This document shows, piece by piece, positions 1 through 9,804 of a stretch of DNA of 64,000 nucleotides (position 1 is the first letter of the stretch; each line of letters starts with the position of its first letter). The stretch lies in the IMG/VR virus record IMGVR_UViG_3300025096_000009, positions 1-64,000 of that record; one strand, written 5' to 3'. Origin of the DNA: a virus. The position numbers were made by a program, and so were the translations under genes. Below the pieces are notes generated by a model. The model made no database searches. It was not told the DNA's origin and saw only the letters and a list, made by a program, of their open reading frames with translations.

Positions 1-248
1 GGCTTTGTGTGCGTGGCGTCAACGATTACAGAGACATTTAAATCGGTATAGTGTTTGATATCTGAATGCAATCTCTTCTCAATATCTTTAAAATTACCTT
101 GTATCGATTCATTGCCGTACAGATCGGCTCTAATGCTATCAGTAGAGATAATTACAGAGCCTGTAACTGTTGCTAATCGCTCTGCATAGGTACTCTTACC
201 ACTGGCAGGTATGCCAACTAATAAAGAGCATTTAACACTATTAGACAT
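1..248 (-). CDS. P-loop kinase (polynucleotide kinase/AAA_33-like), partial, runs off window
   Basis: Hand translation: MSNSVKCSLLVGIPASGKSTYAERL...ISTDSIRADLYG...VIVDATH. Walker A GxxxxGKST plus the DxxR and VIVDAT motifs of PNK-like kinases; not in the ORF track. Confidence 0.75.
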   Translation of the reverse strand, partial: MSNSVKCSLLVGIPASGKSTYAERLATVTGSVIISTDSIRADLYGNESIQGNFKDIEKRLHSDIKHYTDLNVSVIVDATHTK

Positions 249-288
249 AATAATAATTAGATAAGGTTTACAAGGGATATAAAAAGCT

Positions 289-1161
289 TTAAGCGATGCA
301 AAAAGCCTTCTTTAGTTCTGGAGTCTCATTCTTGGCCCGTTTCCATCTAAGGATCACAATGTGAGGCACTGACTTATTATCTAGAAACCTAGCGTCGTGC
401 TTGTCGCCGTCAACAGTTGGAAAGCCTAGTAGTTCAGTGGGTATTGGTTGAGACTTCTTTAAAGACATAGGAGCGGCAATGTTTAGATTATTCTCTTTAG
501 CGTACTTAATGACGTCGTGCTTACTTCCCCAACTGATAGACAAGTCATAGCCAACTTTTCTGCAAGTTTCCAAGTCTCTATCAATTCGCTTTGTATAGTC
601 ATAAAATACAACGTTTCTAGTAAGTATTTTTAAAGGTGATTTTTTGAATACTTCCATTATGTTGTTATATTTTCCAGGTACTAGGCATAAGTCAAAAGTT
701 TCTCCTATATATTCGGCAAGCTCAACGTCAACGACTACAGGCAAGGCTTCAAATTTATAATCACTAGTAGCATTTAAACGGATTGCAAACCGTTCTGAAG
801 GGTTATAGATTCCTTTAGACTTCTTATATACAAATCTTGCAACCTCTAATACTAATAAACGCATATATTCATTAGGGCGTTGATTAAATGCTTTAGACCT
901 TAAACCACGTCTAGCAATCTTATTAGACATATAAGCAGGATTGCCCGCAGTATTCAAGCAACATGCCATACAAGCCTTTGAAGCACTAGGACAAGCATTA
1001 TAGGCAACAGGTAGAAAGTGATGTCCGGCAATATGTACAGTTAAATTTTCCTTGGTCTTTACATCCTTAGAAAGTTTTGGGTTGCTATCTACTGTTAGAA
1101 CGTTTGCAGAGTTAAAAGAATAAGTTTGTCTAAGTGTTGCAAGGTCTTTAGGTAGTCTCAT
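289..1161 (-). CDS. GP88-like protein (Cys-cluster, radical-SAM-like phage protein)
   Basis: CPSASKACMACCLNTAG Cys motif, IRLNATSD, FYDYTK and DGDKHDARFLD motifs typical of the phage GP88 family. Confidence 0.65.
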   Translation of the reverse strand: MRLPKDLATLRQTYSFNSANVLTVDSNPKLSKDVKTKENLTVHIAGHHFLPVAYNACPSASKACMACCLNTAGNPAYMSNKIARRGLRSKAFNQRPNEYMRLLVLEVARFVYKKSKGIYNPSERFAIRLNATSDYKFEALPVVVDVELAEYIGETFDLCLVPGKYNNIMEVFKKSPLKILTRNVVFYDYTKRIDRDLETCRKVGYDLSISWGSKHDVIKYAKENNLNIAAPMSLKKSQPIPTELLGFPTVDGDKHDARFLDNKSVPHIVILRWKRAKNETPELKKAFCIA

Positions 1162-1539
1162 AATTGGTCATGTATGCGATTGAATGACTTTATAATAAGC
1201 AGGCTTATGGAAGTTTTGAGCATTAATTACATAAGCTTAATACTTGTTGATTATGACTGAAATGTAACGATTTCCACAGGTTCCCCGAGAATATGGTAAT
1301 AGCTAATACCTGCATTATCTGGCGGGCCTTAGGCTAGACATATCAACTAGTACAAAGAAACTAGTCGGAATCAGTGGAAAATAGGGTATTTTGGCGCATA
1401 ATTTAGGTGATTTGTCAAACCAAATCGATGTAAAAGTTAACCTGAATAATTGGACAAGAATTGGCCAGGATTTTTCCTCGAGATCCCTTGCTATCACTGC
1501 GCTTTGAATCTTGCGTAACTGTGCGCTAGACAGTTGGGC

Positions 1540-1656
1540 AGAACATATGTACTACTTTGTAACGTCGAAGAAAGGTAGACGTAGGTATTTATACGTAGCA
1601 CTTGATGTAGATGATACATATGTACTACTACTTTTAGTAGATGATACGTTTGTACT
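1540..1656. promoter_or_regulatory. Three cyanobacterial LexA-like operators
   Basis: Minus-strand reads: 1540-1553 AGTACATATGTTCT (exact RGTACNNNDGTWCB), 1613-1626 AGTACATATGTATC, 1643-1656 AGTACAAACGTATC. Confidence 0.55.
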
Positions 1657-1857
1657 ACTCAGTCATGCTCGACGTGCGCCATTGTTACAGTATGTTTTCT
1701 TTTTTTGTTTTTGCTTGACATCCCCCCTGGGCTGCGCCAGACCACTCAAATTTTTTTTACCCCAAATCGGCCTTTTTTAAGAGAAAGTAGGGGGAAAGCA
1801 ATCTAACAAGTTCAGACGCCTTAAAATTAGGTCTATAGCTATAAATTTTAGATAGAA

Positions 1858-3117
1858 GTGTCTGTTTCGCCAGCGGATTTTGAGTTATATTCACGTATGA
1901 CAGGGGCTCCTATGCCCAATTCACCTCAAGAGCAGATGCAAATGGCTCCGGAGGTCTATAATTTTGTCCGAAATAGAGATTATGAACCTAGCAAGTTAAG
2001 AAAAGCTGCTAATTTTATAGGAAAAGCCGCTCTTTTAGGTGGTGCAGCCTATGCAGCGAATAAATATTTGGGAAATCAGGAAGATAATACAGAAAGAAGC
2101 TCTATTAATGTTGCTTCTGATGATATAAACGATAATGACGCGCAAGAGCAGTCTTTTTTAGCATCTTCTTCCCCAAAAGGGCCAAAAAACCCTCCAAATA
2201 GTGGAGTAGATAGGGAAGGTAGTGTGATAAACAATGTTTCGATAGAAAAAGACGACGATCCTTGGGATTTACCTAAATATGATCGAGATAAAGAGGATCC
2301 ACGACTAGTAAGACAGGAAAAAGAACCTGGTGGTAGCAGTATCCGTGAAGAAGCAGAGAATTTTGCTAATAAATACAAAATTGAGCAATATGTTCCTCTA
2401 TCAGCCATTCCTTTAGGTGGTGGTGTAGTAGCACATCAAGCTACGGACGCTGCAAAGATCATGGGAGGAATAGATCCTGCTTCTATTGGTAGTTATCATG
2501 GTTATCCCATAGGTCAGGGAGTTACAGATCTTGCAAATAGAGGTCTTACCAGTGTTGTAGACCATGTTCCCTATGTAGGTCATGGTGCAGTTGAGGCTGT
2601 TAAGGGAGTAGGGCATGGTTTAGAAGGTGCAGCAAGTAATATGCATTGGTTAGGAAATAAATTAGGAAGTATAGGAGGAGGTTTTGTAGGTGATATGGCA
2701 ACTAATGTTGCACATCTACCTCCATTCGAGGTTATGGGAAATGCTATTGATGCTGCTGGCCATGTCATTCAGACAGGAACACCGGAACTTATTCTCGGAG
2801 GTTTAGGAGTAGCAGGTGGTACTGCTGCAGTAGGTGCTGCAAGAGCTGCTTTGAAGGGAGAGAAAGATGTCAAATTCCTTAAAAATTTCGTAGGTAGACT
2901 TACTGGTAAAGGTCTTAATTTGTATGATGATCATCCTCAAATTGATGGGCCAGGTGCAGATCAGGCAAGAATTGCTCCTAGTGTAACTATTCAGCGTGAT
3001 GGTCGGATACATCCAGGAGGAGCAGCTGGTTTAGGTGCTCATGTTGAGTCTGAGGATATTCATTTAGATGGCAGTCGCGATAGATATAACGATCTTATAA
3101 ATAGTCCTTGGAGATAA
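1858..3117 (+). CDS. Putative internal virion/ejection protein, low complexity, with hydrophobic Gly-Ala segments
   Basis: Long ORF (GTG start) in the pre-terminase block; KAALLGGAAYAANKY segment is shared with the next gene. Confidence 0.5.
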   Translation: MSVSPADFELYSRMTGAPMPNSPQEQMQMAPEVYNFVRNRDYEPSKLRKAANFIGKAALLGGAAYAANKYLGNQEDNTERSSINVASDDINDNDAQEQSFLASSSPKGPKNPPNSGVDREGSVINNVSIEKDDDPWDLPKYDRDKEDPRLVRQEKEPGGSSIREEAENFANKYKIEQYVPLSAIPLGGGVVAHQATDAAKIMGGIDPASIGSYHGYPIGQGVTDLANRGLTSVVDHVPYVGHGAVEAVKGVGHGLEGAASNMHWLGNKLGSIGGGFVGDMATNVAHLPPFEVMGNAIDAAGHVIQTGTPELILGGLGVAGGTAAVGAARAALKGEKDVKFLKNFVGRLTGKGLNLYDDHPQIDGPGADQARIAPSVTIQRDGRIHPGGAAGLGAHVESEDIHLDGSRDRYNDLINSPWR

Positions 3118-3121
3118 CATA

Positions 3122-4921
3122 ATGGCATATCCTTACTATCAAGATCCAGTAACTGGAGTACCTACAGGACGCTTTTCAGCTCCTATGTCTAGGGCAAATA
3201 TTAGTAATCCAATAACACCACACGGGATTCCATATTATTCCCCAACTACTGCTCCATCAAATGCTGTTCAGCCAGAGCGAAAGCCCAGCAGATTAAAACA
3301 AGCCGCTAGTTTTTTACGCAATGCTGCCCTTGTAGGTGGTGCAGCTTATTTAGCCAACCAGTTTTTTAAAGATGGTGGTGGAGATGATGGCGGAGGAGGT
3401 GGAGATAAGCCAAATTATGACGATGGAAATGTAGTAGATATGGAGCCTGTAAGGGATAAAGTACAAAAATTTTTAACGGATGGGCTACATAAGGGAGATA
3501 TAGATAGAGGTGATGTTGATCTAGAGGGTAGACCTATAAATTGGTCGTCTCCTAAACGTCCTCAATATCCAGGCGCTGGAGCATCAAGAGCAATTGGTGC
3601 AAATTATTTAAAATCTGATCCTGAAGAGTTTGGTGGTTTAAATGAAACAGGGAAGGAGCATCTTAAAGCATTTAGAAAGGAGATGAATATTCCAACTACT
3701 GAAGGTAGACCTCAAACGGGACATCCAGGCTTAGACGAAGAGATAGTAGGTATTTCTCCAAAACAAGAGGCACGTAGGGAGACGTGGGTTAATTCTCCTT
3801 GGGCAGTTAAGTCAAAACCTAAAAAAGTTGGGAAGGATGGTTTTTATACAGATGATTATTATCAAGATAGCGATTCGTATCAATTAGATCGTGATCGTTT
3901 CTTTGACCATCCCGATGTCGATGATCATGCAGGTGCTGATGAAACTCCTAATGTTGACGCCGGTCAACAGCATTTAGATAACTACACTAATGGAGCGATT
4001 GAGAAATTACTTTTCGATGAATTTGGAGAAGACTGGCCCCAGATTGTTGAAGAAAGAAGGCAGTGGAATAGGTCTTATAAGGGACCTGAAGTAGCTGGCA
4101 CCGATACTCTTACTTATCCAATAGAAGAGGGTGGTAGTGAAGCTGTTACTAAAGCTGAGCTAACTCCTGACATGGTATTAAAAGCGCAGTTTATTGAGAA
4201 ACCTACTGATGATCCAACAACATGGCGCGAGTCATCAGACGGTTATAAGTGGAATTTAGCTACTGGTGATGGACTGAATGAAGGCGATAGAAATGCGGGT
4301 ATTACACAGTTAGGTGAATTTATAGCTGATCGTATGCCAGGTACTCAACAAGGTAAAGAGAGTATGGGTGGATTGATTAATGTAGTTGAGGATGAAACTA
4401 GGCAAGAGCCAAATAAATTATATAAATTTGCACAAATGAAAAAGATTGAAGGTGATCCTAGTCTTGCAGAGAAACAAAGAGAGTATGGCGAAATTTCCAA
4501 TAGAAGAACAAAAGCAATGAATGAACGTCGCAAGGAGCTTAAAAAGGAATTGGGGGCAGTTGTACCAGATCATGGAAGAGGTCAGAGAGATTCGGCTTTT
4601 CTTGCTAAAGGTACGAAGTTCGATATGAGTGAATGGGATGAACAGCAGGATTTACCTGAAAGATCTGATACATCGGTACGTTTGGCAAGAGGTTATGACA
4701 AATCTAAGAGGAGAGGTTTAATTCCTGATTCTGCAGCTGACGATTCTACTCCAACTAGAAAGACGAGGTATACCTATCCACTTCAGGGTAATATGTCAAC
4801 AGAAAAGTATTTTGACCAGAATGCTTTTAAAATTGCGAAGTTAGCTGTTGATAATCCAGATTTTGATTCAGAGGCTTATTACGATAATAAGAGGAAGTGG
4901 ATCGAAGATCTGATGGATTAA
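3122..4921 (+). CDS. Putative internal virion protein, disordered; N-terminal segment paralogous to 1858..3117
   Basis: PSRLKQAASFLRNAALVGGAAYLANQF vs PSKLRKAANFIGKAALLGGAAYAANKY. Confidence 0.5.
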   Translation: MAYPYYQDPVTGVPTGRFSAPMSRANISNPITPHGIPYYSPTTAPSNAVQPERKPSRLKQAASFLRNAALVGGAAYLANQFFKDGGGDDGGGGGDKPNYDDGNVVDMEPVRDKVQKFLTDGLHKGDIDRGDVDLEGRPINWSSPKRPQYPGAGASRAIGANYLKSDPEEFGGLNETGKEHLKAFRKEMNIPTTEGRPQTGHPGLDEEIVGISPKQEARRETWVNSPWAVKSKPKKVGKDGFYTDDYYQDSDSYQLDRDRFFDHPDVDDHAGADETPNVDAGQQHLDNYTNGAIEKLLFDEFGEDWPQIVEERRQWNRSYKGPEVAGTDTLTYPIEEGGSEAVTKAELTPDMVLKAQFIEKPTDDPTTWRESSDGYKWNLATGDGLNEGDRNAGITQLGEFIADRMPGTQQGKESMGGLINVVEDETRQEPNKLYKFAQMKKIEGDPSLAEKQREYGEISNRRTKAMNERRKELKKELGAVVPDHGRGQRDSAFLAKGTKFDMSEWDEQQDLPERSDTSVRLARGYDKSKRRGLIPDSAADDSTPTRKTRYTYPLQGNMSTEKYFDQNAFKIAKLAVDNPDFDSEAYYDNKRKWIEDLMD

Positions 4922-4958
4922 ACTAGTTTTACTAATCCACTGTTAGTTTTACTCAGTT

Positions 4959-5495
4959 ATGGCAGGCGTTAAATTAGTTGACAATTTAGCAAGTTTTACG
5001 GATGCGTATGGCACCAATAAAAACTTTAAGAAAAGAGATAAAACTATCAAGGTAAATCCTTGGGCAGATGCTGGTTCACTTAGTAGAGATAAATATTTTG
5101 ATCCTGACAAAACAACTGGTAGTGCTCAGTGGAAAGGACTTCTTGATGATGAAAACCCAGATGTTAGTACTAATTCTTTTTATCGCGAGGCTAGATCCTT
5201 TATTGATAAAGATGAAAAAGGGTTTTCTCCAGCTGATGACGCTTATAAAAGATGGGAAGATTTTGCCTTCAATGACTTTGGCCCTGGTAACAAAACAGGA
5301 GAGTTAGCTGATCGAATTGACACCGAGGATGTTCAGACATTTTATGATAAGTATTATTCCTCTAAGTTAGTTAATGACGACGATTATGTCCCAGGAAAAC
5401 TTGCATATATATTCGGAGAACCCGCTGCTGCTGCCAGCACGGAGTCTAACCCGAATGAGGCTAATGTTTCACCTAGTACGGGGATAGTAGTGTAA
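4959..5495 (+). CDS. Hypothetical acidic protein (virion block)
   Basis: ORF coupled (TAATG) to the next gene. Confidence 0.55.
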   Translation: MAGVKLVDNLASFTDAYGTNKNFKKRDKTIKVNPWADAGSLSRDKYFDPDKTTGSAQWKGLLDDENPDVSTNSFYREARSFIDKDEKGFSPADDAYKRWEDFAFNDFGPGNKTGELADRIDTEDVQTFYDKYYSSKLVNDDDYVPGKLAYIFGEPAAAASTESNPNEANVSPSTGIVV

Positions 5496-6283
5496 TGTCA
5501 AAAACAGGAGATATGGCCACTAAATTTTTAATTAACTTGGGAGCTAATGCTTTCCAAAAGGTGGCAACAGAGTTCGTAGATAGAGCATTTACAAAAACAG
5601 GAGAAGTCCTTGGTGGTATTGGTGACCAAGCTAGAGAAACTACTTATAACAAATACACTGATCCGTTTGATGTACCGACAAAACAGGGGGCTGAACAGGA
5701 TAAAACTGGTAAGTGGGTAGGAGTAAATCCAAGAGAAGTTGGAGCCTATTACACAGATAAAGGAAAGACAATAAAAGGTGGACTAAGACCAGAGGTACCT
5801 GGTGATGATCCATGGAATACCCCTGAGTATGAATCCGATACAGGTACATGGCATGGGCGTAGAACTAAAGAAGCACCTCCTGGAACAGGATGGGATAAAG
5901 GATTTTATGATAACCCTGAGTTGGCCGCACAGGTTGCCTATTATGCTGCGCCTACTACAGCTGTTGGTACAACGTTAGCTGCTGGTAGTTGGTTATTTGG
6001 TGATCGAAGAAAGCCTCAATCTGATTACAGAGTTCCAGTTCAACCAAGCAAAAATCAAGGTGGTTATAACTCAAGTGTTGAATCAGCTTTAGCATCTGCT
6101 AGTGCTAAATATGAATTACAAGAACAAAAACATGCACATGATATGGAACTTCAAAGGTTTAGGGCAGAGTCCAAAACTCCTGGTAAGCAAGGTAATAGTT
6201 ATGATCCTGCTATGCCAAACATCTCTGCTGATGGAGATCCATTAGGTAATCCTTTTGGAAATACACGTACTTACTTTAGCTAA
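5495..6283 (+). CDS. Hypothetical virion protein with hydrophobic segment and short coiled coil
   Basis: APTTAVGTTLAAGSWLFG segment; C-terminal ELQEQKHAHDMELQ. Confidence 0.55.
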   Translation: MSKTGDMATKFLINLGANAFQKVATEFVDRAFTKTGEVLGGIGDQARETTYNKYTDPFDVPTKQGAEQDKTGKWVGVNPREVGAYYTDKGKTIKGGLRPEVPGDDPWNTPEYESDTGTWHGRRTKEAPPGTGWDKGFYDNPELAAQVAYYAAPTTAVGTTLAAGSWLFGDRRKPQSDYRVPVQPSKNQGGYNSSVESALASASAKYELQEQKHAHDMELQRFRAESKTPGKQGNSYDPAMPNISADGDPLGNPFGNTRTYFS

Positions 6284-6320
6284 TGAAGACTATAATAAAA
6301 AAAGTAGGTAAACGTTAATC

Positions 6321-6758
6321 ATGGGATTAGGCACTGGTTTATTTGGAGGTTATGAGACCGCACCAGGGACATCTGGTTGGGGACCTGTAGCTGATGGAGA
6401 TATGTATGGTAGAAATCTTAAAAGACAGAACTGGGATGGTTTTGGAAACAATTTTACATCTGCATTTAATGCTGTAGGTAAATCACAAGGTTGGCTAGAT
6501 CAGCGTAAACAGGATCAGTCTGGTTTTTTTCCATATGCCCAAGGATTTGGAGGAAAATCAGGAGGGGGCTATCAAAAAACAGGGAATAATTCTGGAGTTT
6601 ATACGCATCCTGGACAGGATTATCAGATTATGCACGGTGGCCAGGGCGGCGGCGGTAGTAATAAATTAGGGAACGTAGCATTTGGGGCTGGAACGGGATT
6701 CCTAAAGGGAGGACCAGCTGGAGCCGTTGTTGGTGCTATTGGCGGTTTATTTGCTTAA
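6321..6758 (+). CDS. Gly-rich protein with C-terminal glycine zipper (DNA pilot-like)
   Basis: GNVAFGAGTGFLKGGPAGAVVGAIGGLFA C-terminus. Confidence 0.5.
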   Translation: MGLGTGLFGGYETAPGTSGWGPVADGDMYGRNLKRQNWDGFGNNFTSAFNAVGKSQGWLDQRKQDQSGFFPYAQGFGGKSGGGYQKTGNNSGVYTHPGQDYQIMHGGQGGGGSNKLGNVAFGAGTGFLKGGPAGAVVGAIGGLFA

Positions 6759-6830
6759 CTACTTTATATTTAGTTCAAGGAGTTAGAGCGATTAAAATAA
6801 TTAGATATAGATATTCATTAAAAGAAAACC

Positions 6831-7637
6831 ATGTGGCAGAACGTAGCGCGGTTAGCCGGTAATCCCAAAGTATTAGGTATATTAGGGAAACTAGGCAATG
6901 TTATTAGGAACCCTGCTTTCATGCCAGTTGCAGGTGGCGCCATTGGTACTGTAAAAGGTGGAATGGAGGATGGTCTTGGTGGAGCAGTCCGAGGGGGCGT
7001 AGGTGGTGCTACTACTGGTGCCGCAATGAAGTGGGGCCTTGGTAAATTACCACCAACTATGTTGCCAATGGGTGCTGCTAAGGTTTTAGGAACAGCTGTT
7101 CCATTAGCAGGAGGAGTAATAGCAGGTGCAACAGCCGTTCCTACTGGAAATGTAGCTGGAGATGCAGCTGGAAAGGTAGCTGGTACCGGTGTGATAATGC
7201 AGCAAAATGAGCCAAACGTTGGAGGTGGATATATCGGTGGACCTGGCAGTGGATCTGGTGGTGGCTACGGTGGCGGCGGTAACGGTCCAGTACCTGTCCT
7301 CGGCGGCGACCATGGTCGAATGGTTCAAGGACCAGATGGTTCCATTTGGCAGGAAATTGATCCTAATGGATGGAAACAAGGTATGAGAGTAGGTAGTGGA
7401 TTAGATACTCAACAGAACATTTCTAATGCTAACCGTTGGTTTAAATCTAGATTCCCACAATCTGAAATGGTTAAGAAAGCTGACTGGGAACGTGAACTAG
7501 CTGCTTTACAGTTAGGCGAAAACATCAAGATGGCTAGAACAATGATGGAAGGTACTCACGCTGGTAATGTAAATATTGCAGAACAAGCTGGTGCTGATAT
7601 GGGACAGTTACTGAACAGTCGTTATCAGTACTTCTAA
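6831..7637 (+). CDS. Glycine-zipper protein with C-terminal helix (DNA pilot-like)
   Basis: GGAIGTVKGG...GGAVRGGVGGATTG; Gly linker; helical C-terminus. Confidence 0.5.
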   Translation: MWQNVARLAGNPKVLGILGKLGNVIRNPAFMPVAGGAIGTVKGGMEDGLGGAVRGGVGGATTGAAMKWGLGKLPPTMLPMGAAKVLGTAVPLAGGVIAGATAVPTGNVAGDAAGKVAGTGVIMQQNEPNVGGGYIGGPGSGSGGGYGGGGNGPVPVLGGDHGRMVQGPDGSIWQEIDPNGWKQGMRVGSGLDTQQNISNANRWFKSRFPQSEMVKKADWERELAALQLGENIKMARTMMEGTHAGNVNIAEQAGADMGQLLNSRYQYF

Positions 7638-7650
7638 ATAGGAGTTAATT

Positions 7651-8490
7651 ATGGGTCAATATTTTAACCAACAGCCAGTAATCAACCTAGGTTCAGGGAC
7701 TACTTTTGGTAATGGTTATACCGATCGTAATGTCAACTTAGGAACATTTCCTATGTATGCCCAACCGCCACGGATGGTGCCTAATCCTGAATATAAAACT
7801 AATCCTTATGGGCTAGAAGATGATCAGGCTCTAGAGAAGTGGGGTAAAAGCAAGAAGATTGTTGGTAAAGATGCTCCAGAAGGACTAATGCGTAATCTTG
7901 CTGGAATTGCAGACTTTTTAACTTTTGGAGTAGGGGATATAGATAGAAGAGGTAATTTATTTGGTGGAGAACATTTACCAGGACTAAGAGGAGGATCAGG
8001 ATATGGAGGACAGGGCGAATTAGGAAATGTTCCACAGACAATGCCTGCTCCACAGATGCCTGCTCCACAGATGACTCAGGAGCCAAATGTTATGACGACA
8101 GGAGGGCCAGTACCTACTAATCAGGGTATGTATGGTCACCTAGCCCAAGCAGGTGGAATAGGAGCATTAAATCATTTTGCAGGTAGGTTTATGAATAATC
8201 AATACCTAAATGATGCATATAATATGGCTCTAAAATCTCGTCAAGCATCTGATGCTCAGAGTGTTTTAACTAGTCAAGCAATGCAAAGAACAGATAAAGG
8301 TGTGTCTGAAAGGATGGAGGAAGAGCAAAAGAGGAGGAATCTTGCCCTGCAGGGTAAATATCTAACTCGTTTAGGTTTGGAATCTATGAAGAAAGGAACG
8401 GCACTGACAAACGTAGCATATGAGCCTAGAGCAAATGCGTCTCACTCTTCCGGTCATGTTGGCAACTGGGGTGTACAAAGAATGGGTTAA
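7651..8490 (+). CDS. Hypothetical virion protein
   Basis: RBS AGGAG; Pro/Gln-rich centre and helical C-terminus. Confidence 0.55.
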   Translation: MGQYFNQQPVINLGSGTTFGNGYTDRNVNLGTFPMYAQPPRMVPNPEYKTNPYGLEDDQALEKWGKSKKIVGKDAPEGLMRNLAGIADFLTFGVGDIDRRGNLFGGEHLPGLRGGSGYGGQGELGNVPQTMPAPQMPAPQMTQEPNVMTTGGPVPTNQGMYGHLAQAGGIGALNHFAGRFMNNQYLNDAYNMALKSRQASDAQSVLTSQAMQRTDKGVSERMEEEQKRRNLALQGKYLTRLGLESMKKGTALTNVAYEPRANASHSSGHVGNWGVQRMG

Positions 8491-8556
8491 TATCACATTA
8501 AGTTTATAACTTAACCGTTGGTAGAATCTAAGTACTGTTAATTAATAAAATTAGAA

Positions 8557-9804
8557 ATGGCTGACGATCCAGGTGGCGTTAAAGCTCAAGAAGCCGCTAA
8601 TAAAAAAGCGGATAAAAACTATACGATTGGCGGTGTTTCCTATACCGTTGATCAAGAAACGACTAACCAGTTAGTACTGGACGAAGCCGCTGCATCTCAA
8701 ACCAGGATCAACATGAAGTTGGCCGCTGATGAAGACAAGAAGTTAAAGACATATTTCACGACTGAAGAAAAAGGCATGGCGCAAACGCAGTCTGATCTTA
8801 GACGTGCAGAATATGGAACAATCGGTCAACAGGATCGACTAAAAGAAGGAGTCATTGGTTTAGAACGGCGAAAGGCGTTAGAAACTGAAGGAGCTGAAAC
8901 ACGAGAAACTGCTCAGACTGTTGGTGCACAGACTCGTTTAACTGAAACAACAAAAGGTCAACAGGAACGACTTACTCAAGCGGAAGGTCTTCAAGAAAGT
9001 GGAAGACAACAGCGAGAAACTCAAGCAGAACGTTATGTTGGAGAAAGAGGGTTAGAAGCAACTAGAGGTGCTGAAGCACGTAAGTTAACTGCAGCAACTG
9101 GCGAACAAGCAAGGGAGACACAGGCTGAGAGATACTCCGGAGAAAGGGGTCTTGTGGAAACAGGAGGAGCACAGCAAAGGCAAACTCAAGCTGAAAGATA
9201 TGTAGGAGAAAGAGGATTAGCAAGTACTGTTGCTGCTGAAGGAAGACAGACTCAAGCTGAAAAATATGCAGGGGAGAGAGGTCTTGTTGGAGCAACTGGC
9301 GAACAAGCAAGGGAGACTCAGGCTGAGAGATATGCAGGGGAGAGAGGTCTTCAGAAGGAAGGTGGTGCTCAGGCTCGACAGACACAGGCTGAAAGATATG
9401 CCGGAGAAAGGGGTCTTGTAGGGGAAGGAGGTAAGCAACAGCGTCAAACTCAAGCAGAGAAGTATGTTGGAGAAAGATCTCTTGTTGGAGCTGGTGGTAG
9501 AGAAACTAGACAGACTCAAGCTGAGCGTTATGCGGGTGAGAGAGGTTTACTTAGAACTGGTGGATCCGAGACACGAGCAACTAGACGAACTGAAGGACAG
9601 GAAACACGAGCTACTCAAGCCCAAGGTTTAAGGATTGGTGGATCAGAGACAAGGAAAACTAGACGAACTGAAGGAGGTCAAGCCAGAGCATTAGAAAGAA
9701 CCCGTGGAGGTGAGACTCGTCGTACAGACTTGCAAAGAGAATCATTCCGTAGATATAAAGAGGATAGGGATTATAGTCAAGCACGTTCTGCAACTAGAGT
9801 ATGA
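8557..9804 (+). CDS. Hendecad (11/22-residue) repeat helical protein, putative DNA-ejection tube
   Basis: Eight TQAE(R/K)YxGERxL units at 22-aa spacing inside a longer 11-aa periodicity; no Pro in the repeat region. Confidence 0.6.
   Translation: MADDPGGVKAQEAANKKADKNYTIGGVSYTVDQETTNQLVLDEAAASQTRINMKLAADEDKKLKTYFTTEEKGMAQTQSDLRRAEYGTIGQQDRLKEGVIGLERRKALETEGAETRETAQTVGAQTRLTETTKGQQERLTQAEGLQESGRQQRETQAERYVGERGLEATRGAEARKLTAATGEQARETQAERYSGERGLVETGGAQQRQTQAERYVGERGLASTVAAEGRQTQAEKYAGERGLVGATGEQARETQAERYAGERGLQKEGGAQARQTQAERYAGERGLVGEGGKQQRQTQAEKYVGERSLVGAGGRETRQTQAERYAGERGLLRTGGSETRATRRTEGQETRATQAQGLRIGGSETRKTRRTEGGQARALERTRGGETRRTDLQRESFRRYKEDRDYSQARSATRV

Noticed and set aside
1296-1594. NtcA-like GTA-N8-TAC sites at 1296 and 1581
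   Set aside because: Only six fixed bases, lacking the T/A flanks and a correctly placed -10; plausible by chance in AT-rich DNA
1511-1780. 89-aa ORF in the control region
   Set aside because: TTG start, no RBS, translation mirrors the DNA repeats and T-tracts; better explained as regulatory DNA
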